From Octopus sinensis (lineage: Eukaryota), in contig NW_021832649.1 in assembly GCF_006345805.1 (NCBI RefSeq), forward strand, positions 1 to 30,133: a stretch of DNA of 30,133 nucleotides, read 5' to 3'. Position 1 is the first letter of the stretch. Every line of letters begins with the position of its first letter. Both the position numbers and the translations under genes were made by a program. A model generated the notes under the pieces. The model did not search any database. It worked only from the letters and a program-made list of their open reading frames with translations, and was not told the origin of the DNA. Positions 21,460 to 30,133 of this stretch are shown piece after piece.

Positions 21460-21689
21460 ATGCTACTACCACCACCACCACCACCACTACAGCAATAATA
21501 ACAAGAACAACACAACACGACAACTCTTATTACTAATGTTTCTCCACCAACACCGCTGCAAGGATAAATATTTATCTATCCCACGCATATGTATATGTAT
21601 GTTGCGCGCGCGCGCGCGTGTGTGTGTGCGTGTGTGTGTGTGTGTGCATGTATGTGTGTGTGCGTGTGTGTGCGCGTATGAAACTTCGA

Positions 21690-22090
21690 AGTATTGTGGA
21701 ACGTAAAGTCCTGGCGTCAGTGTTGTGTGGGTCCTTTGGATAAACGGTGCAACGAATCATAGAGCTGACAACTAATACGACTTATCTGTAGCTGGCCATT
21801 CTTAGCCACACATCCACAGACAAGGTATGGAGGTGCTGAGGCTTAGATACACCGGAATTTACGACAGTTATGTGAAATACCAGGAGAAATGCGACGAGAC
21901 AGGCGTTCAGAAGAAAAAGATTTCCGAGAATGACGAAACATCCATATTTTCAGAGAAAGAGATTATCAACTGGATTATCAACCGGATATTGCTGTTGAGG
22001 ATCTTCAGGGAAGGAAATACCTCTTAATCAAAGTACTTGTTTTAAGCAGCCATAATGGACCTCTTAGAAAGCGGGAAATTATTTAAAAGT
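21690..22090 (+). mobile_element. Highly degenerate R4/Dong-type LINE fragment
   Basis: LCG..*TVQRII (knuckle remnant), ENDETSI and QPDIAVEDLQGRKYLLI (RPDI/ID motif) across frameshifts. Confidence 0.55.
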
Positions 22091-22094
22091 AATG

Positions 22095-22225
22095 ATGACC
22101 TCAATGTGGAAAGCAAGAATAGAAAGAAATCGACCTCGACGGAATTAGAACTCAGAACGTGAAGATGGACGAAATACTGCTAAGCATTTCGTCCGGCATG
22201 CAAACGATTCTACCAGTCCACCACC

Positions 22226-22272
<47 letters not shown>

Positions 22273-22455
22273 TTAAAATTTTGGCACAAGGCCACCAATT
22301 TCGAAGGAGGCAAAAAGTCGATTACATTGAGCCCAGTACACAACTGGTACTTAGTTTATCGACCTCGAGAGGATGAAAGGCAAAAGTCTTGGCGGAATTT
22401 GAACTTAGAACGGCCGAAATGCCACTAAGTATTTTGCCCAGCCTGCGAATGATCC
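22095..22455 (-). mobile_element. Two tandem SINE S3 copies separated by (TAA)n 22227-22272
   Basis: CGACCTCG..GGAATT.GAACT.AGAACG..GAAATACTGCTAAGCATTT blocks. Confidence 0.78.
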
Positions 22456-22489
22456 TAATAATAATAATAATAAACAATAACTGTTGTCA

Positions 22490-22815
22490 TAGGTGACCTG
22501 ATAGCAAAAGGGGCTGATTGCTACGTAGCTCAGATACCAAGAAACCCCAAAATGGCAGAAATTCAAAAGATAGTGCTCATGGGAGGTGCTCATATCCTAC
22601 TCAAAATACTTTCTATGAAATCTCAAGTTTTAAAACAAACATAATTTTCTTATGGTTTCTTAAACATTCTCTAGAACAATACTATGTACAAAACCAAATA
22701 TATGGCACCCTAAGCATAACACCAACATGAACTTCCAACTTGTTGTCTCTTGAGGTCTCTGGGTGAGACTTGGAGTCAACTTGTACAAATGTAAAGCGAA
22801 AGTTAAACATATAAT
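22490..22815 (+). mobile_element. R4/Dong-type LINE 3' end (another subfamily) with TAA tail
   Basis: QIPRNPKMAEIQKIVLMGGAHILLKILSM. Confidence 0.72.
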
Positions 22816-22816
22816 G

Positions 22817-22854
<38 letters not shown>

Positions 22855-23258
22855 CCTTTCTACTATAAGCACAAGGTCTGAAAATTTTGGGGAGATTCTC
22901 TCCTATCTTTTCTCTTGTCAAAGAAAATATTTCTCCAGCGCTCAATAGTTTCCTCTCATTCTGGTCTAACATCCCTCCAAGTTTGTTTTCGTTCGGTTTC
23001 CTTGTATGCCTCCACTGTCAAGATTTTGTTCCCAACTTTGACCCTCCATAAATCCTAAATTATATTTTAGAATTTATGGGAGCAACTGTTTTTGAAGACT
23101 TATATTGTCGTTAAATGCACGAAATGAGGAGTAGATAGACCGTCGACAATTGACGAAGGGTCCTTTCTCTGTGTTTACTTGTCCTGTTCTCCATTTTTTC
23201 TCGTTGTTTACGTATTTAACTCGTTTGCTTACGTATTTCATGTTTGAACTGTTGGTGA

Positions 23259-23289
<31 letters not shown>

Positions 23290-23910
23290 ATAATATAAAT
23301 ATTAATATTTCTAAATCTCTCAAAGGAAGTAACAGTTCTTTAAAGTAAAGGCTATTTGCCAACATCATGTGGCTGTCCTGGAAGGGACGATGTCATCTGT
23401 GTTTTTATATTTTCGAACAAGGAGTTCAGCACTCCCATGTAGCGAAAAACAACATCTGTAGACCGGTTTCTGGGTTTTTGATCTTTATCAACACAGAAAA
23501 TATAAGAACACAGATATTGTGACGTATAGCCAGCTGGAAACGAAGTTTCCTGGGCTAAACAACAGTAGCACCGTCCCTTCCGGAACAGTCGCATTATGTT
23601 GGCAAATAGCCTTTACTCTAAAGAACTGTTACTGAATGTCTCTCTTTGAGGAATTCAGAAATAATATTTCTACTTTATTATATCAGTGACTGTGTCACTT
23701 TGAAAACTCTATATTCGAACGGTGAATTCAGCAACGCCACTTAGCCAAGCAGCTGCTCTGTGTTGATAAAAGGCAATAACGCAGACACCGATCCATAGAA
23801 GTTATTCTGCGCTAGATGCGAATGCTGGACTCCCTGTTCGAAAATATAAGGACAGATACATTGTGTTGTATAACCAGCTGGAAACGATGTTTCCTGGGGC
23901 TAAACATACA
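23290..23910. repeat. Cluster of three partial copies of one repeat in mixed orientation, including a 139-bp MITE-like unit (23710-23848)
   Basis: 23328-23389 vs reverse complement of 23572-23633: 56/62 identical. 23405-23496 vs reverse complement of 23757-23848. 23500-23560 is a direct repeat of 23845-23905. Confidence 0.8.
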
Positions 23911-24512
23911 ATCAAGTGGAAAACCGTAGAAAAATCCATTCTTTATGCTAAGGGGCCTAAGAAATGCAATTTTTGAAATATCGGGTACCCTTTATAGATC
24001 TAGGAATTTTACAGATTTCTGGATTCTAGATAAGAAATTTTCAGCAAGTGCAAATATATTGACAATTGCTTTTTGGCGCATTGGAGGGCAACATCCTCTC
24101 TGGATTGTGTAGCGGTATCGCAGACCTGTGACCCTCTCCGGAGATTCATTCTTCAACAACTAGCTTTATTAAGGGGACGTAATTCTAATTTTCTTTTTCT
24201 TTTTTTTTTTTCCTTTTGTTTTTCATCCTTTCACGTCTTGCATCCGGCTTCCAATTTTATTTCTCTTTATTTCTCTTGTTCTAGCGTCCTGCTTTGTAAC
24301 TTGCATAGGCCATGTGCACAGATCCTGAAACTTGCTAAGAGGCACAACACGTGTTATTAAAACTCGCCTTCACTTCATTTCCGAAGCATTAGACTATTAG
24401 TAGCTCAACTGTAGACTGTGTACACGAAATGCTATTTATCTTTCACTGGACAGAGTACACATTTTGTTGATCTTGACTTAATGGAAAAATAAACCACACA
24501 CACGCACATGTA

Positions 24513-24559
<47 letters not shown>

Positions 24560-24639
24560 TGTATGTGTATATATCTACATACATGTATATATATTATGTA
24601 TACATATTTATATATACATATATGTGTGGGTATCTTTGT

Positions 24640-24840
24640 GTTTGTGATTATTCCTCACCACCTCTTGACAACTGTCGTTGGTTTGTTTACGACCCAGTAA
24701 CTTAGCGCTTCGGTAAAAGTGACAAAGAGAATACTTGGACTACAAAAAAATAAATACTGGTTAGATTCGATTGCCTAAATTTCTAAAAGGTGGTCCTCCA
24801 CCATGACCACAGTCTATTGACAAACAAGTAAAAGACAAAA
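24640..24840 (+). mobile_element. SINE S2, 3' half
   Basis: CTTGACAAC..TTTACGACCCAGTAACTTAGCG.TTCGG..CCATGACCACAGTC..ACAAGTAAAAG. Confidence 0.7.
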
Positions 24841-25448
24841 CACACACACACATATATATATTTCAATGCAATATGTATATTTATGCATATTTATCTACAT
24901 ATGTATGGTGTATAAAACTTTTTTTTTTTTTTTTTGCATAAGTATGCATGTGTGTTACATATGTATACAAATCGCGCAATCATACACACGTATATGTGTG
25001 TGTGAAGGAGGGTGGGAGAGAGAGAGAGACCTGGGGAAAGAAAGAAAGAGAGACAAACAATATGTAAATAGAGAAGAAAATATTGTAAATTAATATTTAT
25101 CGGTCGAGTGCGTGTGATATTCTTTCTTCCTCTGAGTTTTGTTTGTTTACATACGTTGATATATATTTACATACACATCCCCACCTCATGCCTCTGACTA
25201 TCCCCCACCCCAGTGTCTCTGCATACACTGCACTTCCACAGTTAGCTTTGCGTTTCCGCCCTCGCCGTCGACATAGTGTCTGATTTACGTGTTGCTCTTG
25301 CGAGAAAAAATCCTCGCAGCATGCCAGCATTAACTGTTGTACTTCATCATCCGGTTGTTGCGGAAATTCTTTTTGTCAGACACTGGTTTTAATTAGAGGA
25401 CTGTAATTGTATTAGTACATTGCATTTAATGATATTAGTCACTTATAT

Positions 25449-25495
25449 CGGGGGTTTCCTAACCTGGGGTGCCCGTATCTCCTGGTGGTGCGAGA
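25449..25495 (+). mobile_element. Possible hAT (Charlie-like) terminal remnant
   Basis: CGGGGGTTTCCTAACCTGGGGT resembles the CAGGGGTTCCCAACCTGGGGT termini of hAT-Charlie elements; no partner end found. Confidence 0.35.
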
Positions 25496-25974
25496 TGGCA
25501 TATGTCGCTAAATAAATATCAGCAATGCTTAATTTACATAACTAATCCAAGACATGCGGCTTAACTCGAAAAACAAACAAAAACATTTTGAAAGATTTAT
25601 TAATTCATAACTGTTTGAATTTGTAGTTTCAACTTATTTTCATATTTTATTTAAGTTATTTAAGCTAGTTTTAATTCTTTCTTTTTTTAATTATTGTTAT
25701 ACTTTTCAATATTTTCTTATAGACTAATGTAAAGTCGAATAAATTGACTGAAGTTGAAGATAATTTTTTTCTATTAATTTCGCGAAAAAAAAAACTAAAA
25801 ACAAACAAAAACGACGTAAAGTGGAAAAAGACGTAACTTGAAACATCGTAATTTGAGGTGTGCATGTAATCTAATAAAGCCTCCGTCCAGAATCAAATTG
25901 GTAATTAACTCTTAAATTTATCAAACACATCAAGAACTTTATTGTGCCATTATTATTTATCTGTTATCATTGAT

Positions 25975-26345
25975 AACTTTCTTGTTTCAGTCATTGAACT
26001 GCGACCATGCTGGAGTATCACTTTCATGGGTTGCATCGAGCGAATCAATCCCGGGACTTTTCATTCTATCCAGGTATTTTGCCGAACCGCTATGACACCG
26101 GGACGTAAACAGACCAACACCGATTGTCAAGCGGTGCTGGAGGGTGATAAACACAGACACAAAGGCACACACACATATGTATATGGCGGGCTTCCACGCA
26201 TTTTCCATCTATCAAATTTACTCACAAGGCATTGGTTAGCTCAGGGATATAGTATAAGATACTTGCCCAAGGCTCTGCATCGTGGAACTGAATATGAAAT
26301 CACGTGGTTACAAACCGACCTTCACTACACAACCATGTCTATTCT
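25975..26345 (-). mobile_element. SINE S2, near full length, degenerate
   Basis: Colinear with 18590-18920; internal CA/TA tract. Confidence 0.78.
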
Positions 26346-26670
26346 TTTTATTCTGTTATTCTGTTATTCCCAGAACATTGTTATTCTGCTGTACCGCATG
26401 TGGTTCAATTAAAAATTAAAAAAAGGATTAGGTATTAGAAAATTGATCTTTTCACCTTCCAATGCGATATTAATTTTGTAGGTGGTAGGTTATAGAAAAA
26501 GGCGGGAGTTATTCCATTTCGTTGACCCGAATACTTTTATATTTTGCAAATGCGTCAGGCAGAGAGGGAAAGGTATATCTTCCGAGATTGCTGAGTGAAA
26601 AATGGGGGTTACAAACAATGACTGATATTTTACTGTTGTGAGGGAATTGTATATCTTTGTTCCGTATTTA

Positions 26671-27042
26671 CCGTATTTGACGGCTCATAAGGTGCACGAA
26701 CTTACAAGATGCGTCTCAGTTTAGGGAGACCCATTCTTGAACCACCAATTGCAATCGTAGTCATGAAATCGTGTTACATTCGAAGTTGGCTGCAAAGTGG
26801 TGTGTATGCGTTTGTATGTTACCTTATGTGTTGTGAGTTTATCTACACATGGATGCTTGTGTATATGTGTGGTGTGCGTGACGGCACATAACTTATAAGA
26901 CGTGCCTCAATTTAAAGAAATCCGTTCTTAAACTACCACTTGCAAGTAAATTAAACCTGATCTTTTAGGTTATAAAGCATAGTTTGATTTTTGGGGATAA
27001 TTTTCTTTTGAAATTGTGCGTCATGTCAGACATCAAATACTT
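26671..27042. mobile_element. MITE-like Tc1/mariner-superfamily (Tc2/pogo-like) derivative
   Basis: Left end TA|CCGTATTTGACGGCTCATAAGGTGCAC; right end reverse complement AAGTATTTGATGTCTGACATGACGCAC; internal TATAAGACG repeat near 26895. Confidence 0.55.
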
Positions 27043-27293
27043 TTTATCTGCTTTTTTACGCTCTAAACGCAATTCTCTTGATTTTATGAAGTATCAGTCA
27101 CACCTGCTAACATCAGTGCTTAGTCCTGAAGATAAGCCTGTAAAAGTCTGGAAACTCTACTGTTTCCCAGCGAACTGCAAAGGTCTCAGAAGAAAATATA
27201 AAAACAAAGCTTAATACAAAAAAAAAACATAAAAATAGCACACATTAATGTTTTTTAATATAACTTATCTAAAAGAAACGCCACTCCCTTTTA

Positions 27294-27416
27294 TGTATAT
27301 TATATATATATATATATATTATATATATATATTATATTATATATATATATTACATATATATACATACATATATATACATACACACACACATATATATATA
27401 CATATATATATTATAC

Positions 27417-27447
<31 letters not shown>

Positions 27448-27466
27448 CATATATATATATACATAC

Positions 27467-27534
<68 letters not shown>

Positions 27535-27550
27535 TATATATTATATATAC
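27294..27550. repeat. Compound TA/TACA tract
   Basis: Direct reading. Confidence 0.95.
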
Positions 27551-27839
27551 AAAATCAGAAAATGGAGAAATACATCTAAATCATTAATCAACTATCAGAT
27601 AATACCCAATCCACATACTTTATTGAACCACTACATAAGAACATTAAGGTTAAACAAAACAGCGTACATGAATGAGTAATACAATACAATAGGTACAATC
27701 ATTATAAGAGGATATAAATGAATAATATAAATAGATATAAATATAAATATACACTATATCTTACAGCTGTTTCGGCCATGCAGATATTGGATATATGTTA
27801 TCCCATGGAGGGTTGAATTTGCAACCCCTATCTCAATTT

Positions 27840-28012
<173 letters not shown>

Positions 28013-28562
28013 GTAGTTTGCGCAGCACAATTTTTCACACAAAGTTTTAATTGACTCGGTACTGTGCAATGGGCCCCGAATCTAGAACTAAGTGGTTACA
28101 CAAGAAATTTCGTAATCTAACAGTTTCATCTACACTCTAAAGTCGCCGGTAGGATGTAGATTAATAAACCAAGTAAAGGAATTAAGACAACAGCACATTA
28201 ATTACAAAATTTATTTGTAAACAATATTTAGTTAATAAATTGTCCTACGCACAGTGAAAATACGGAATCAAAACGATGCCTCACATGTTTGCTCCAAATA
28301 TGTCCCAGCAGATTCGAACGTGAATATGCTAAACGCTGGTGTGTTTCTCCAGAGGAGGACAACTTCACCTTTACGGCAAATGGGTGTTCATACCACACTC
28401 AATTTATTAGTGCGATGGACACTAGAAATTCCAATATTTCGACACCGTTATATCACGTCAGCCAGAAGTACTCCGGACGAATGAACCTTACTTTTACGAA
28501 TTTGATTTTTGAGTTTCAATAGTTAAAAAGAAAATTTGGACGTTGATGAATACATACATACA

Positions 28563-29270
28563 AATATCAAGCAAATACCTGATGCACAAAAGCGAGACAC
28601 AGACGCAGGAAAATGTGACAACAGATACAAACTTTGTGGAGTTAACACCGAAGATATCACCCAAAATGTCGTAGCAGTTGTATCTACCGATGAGACATGA
28701 TATTGTAGCTAGGGCACTGTATAATGAGCTCCGTCGGAAGGATAATCCCGAGATCAAAAAAAAAAAAAGAAGAAGAACCTACAGTATGGTAGAAGCCATA
28801 GCCACTCATAATAAAAATGAACGCTGATGTAAAAAGCTCGATAAAATGTAAACCCTATAGACCTCACATAATAATCTGGAATAGAGAAGAAGAACTGTGC
28901 ACAGTTGTGGAAATTAGTTGCCCTGTGGATGATAACATAAAGCTAAAGATCAGCAAAAAAGAAAATTCCTACGCTGAACTATTGAGGAATCTACAGCTAC
29001 TCTATCCAGATTACAAGTTCAGATTTATACCTGTAAATATTGAGTCACTGGGATATGTAACACACTGCCTAAATACCAATCTTAAGAAATTAGGCTTCTC
29101 AAAACCAGAAAGCTTATTCGAAGACTACAGATCCAAGCTATCACTGGAACTGCGATAACCTAAAACTTTCTGGAAGTTTATAATTTTAATGTATATGAGA
29201 ATTCTAGGTATGCAACTTTATGCATGAGAGTACATACTTAAGGCAAAACATACAAATTTGCATGCATGCA
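28563..29270 (+). mobile_element. RLE-type (R4-like) LINE 3' fragment, distinct family flanked by CATA repeats
   Basis: LCGVNTEDIT (knuckle), YLPMRHDIVARALYNELRRKDNP and RPHIIIWNREEELCTVVEISCPVDDNIKLKISKKENSY..FIPV...LGYV. Confidence 0.8.
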
Positions 29271-29381
29271 TACATATATATATACATGCATACATACATA
29301 CATACATACATACATACATACATACATACATACATACATACATACATACATACATACATACATACGTACGTACGTACGTAC
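29265..29381. repeat. (CATA)n grading into (CGTA)n
   Basis: Direct reading. Confidence 0.95.
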
Positions 29382-29660
29382 GTAACACACTGCCTAAATT
29401 ACTAATCTTAAGAAATTAGGCTTCTCAAGACCAGAAAGGAGAAAGCTAATTCGAAGATTACAGACCCAAACCATCACCAGAACTGTAAACATCTGAACAT
29501 ATATGAGCATGAGAATACATACATAAATCAACACATAAAAATCTGCGCATATACATATCTACAAACAAAAATACCCGGTTGCTGATGTTTAAATTCCAAT
29601 AAATTCGCTCTTTCCCTATTGGCAAGAAATCTTGAACTAAAACTGAATAATGACGTACAC
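29382..29660 (+). mobile_element. Second, shorter 3' copy of the CATA-associated LINE
   Basis: 29382-29485 repeats 29057-29150 (GTAACACACTGCCTAAAT..CTTAAGAAATTAGGCTTCTCAA.ACCAGAAAG). Confidence 0.8.
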
Positions 29661-29749
29661 AATCACAGACACACACACACACAAACACACTCAAGCATGC
29701 ATACATGCACACAAATATACATACACCTACATACATATATATATATTTT

Positions 29750-29945
29750 TTCTTTTTCATGTCATTTGACTACGACCATGCTGGAGCACCGTCTTAAAAG
29801 TTTTTAGTTGAAGGAATTAACTCCAGGACTTATTCTTTGTAAGCCTAGTACTTATTTTACTGGTCCCAATCGCTAGGTTACGGGGACATACACACTAGCA
29901 TCGTTTATCAAGCGATGGCAGGAGGGACGGACACACACACACACT
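29750..29945 (-). mobile_element. SINE S2, 3' half, followed by (TA)n 29954-30004
   Basis: GTCATTTGACTACGACCATGCTGGAGCACCG..GTAAGCCTAGTACTTATT..TTACGGGGAC..TCAAGCGATG. Confidence 0.8.
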
Positions 29946-29947
29946 CA

Positions 29948-30014
<67 letters not shown>

Positions 30015-30133
30015 TATCTATATATACATATATGCATATATTAATAGAGGTGAGCCGTAGGTCAATAGTCCTACAGTTATTCATAGTAACACCTATACCT
30101 CCTATAAATACTCTATTCAGTGTGCTGATTCTT

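Noticed and set aside
21014-21460. 148-aa ORF with Lys/Glu-rich and poly-Tyr segments
   Set aside because: Built from (CT)n, GA-rich and (CTA)n repeats, antisense to the supported exon; no domain or splice support.

Overview
Eukaryotic, AT-rich window dense in repeats and microsatellites. The repeat families resemble those I recall from octopus (coleoid cephalopod) genomes; this is inference, not a database search. Only one host coding exon is supportable: minus strand 20864-20499, encoding a probable signal peptide plus the start of a cysteine-free thioredoxin/PDI-like domain, and ending in a GTAAGT donor. I found no downstream exon in 1-20498, so most of the window may be one large intron. 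The rest is decayed mobile DNA. This includes at least 11 fragments of R4/Dong-type restriction-like-endonuclease LINEs, mostly embedded in (TAA)n, and two L1/Tx1-type LINE 3' fragments. It also includes a Penelope-like RT-thumb/GIY-YIG fragment, three tRNA-derived SINE families, MITE-like DNA-transposon relics and long TA/CA/TAA/CATA tracts. Nearly all supplied ORFs are microsatellite artefacts or transposon pieces. The most notable unexplained signals are several hammerhead-ribozyme-like motifs in short non-coding repeats, some with type II topology, and a 310-bp spacerless palindrome. Others are a LINE family tied to (CATA)n rather than (TAA)n and a hidden 19/38-bp minisatellite. All coordinates were read by eye; repeat boundaries are approximate.
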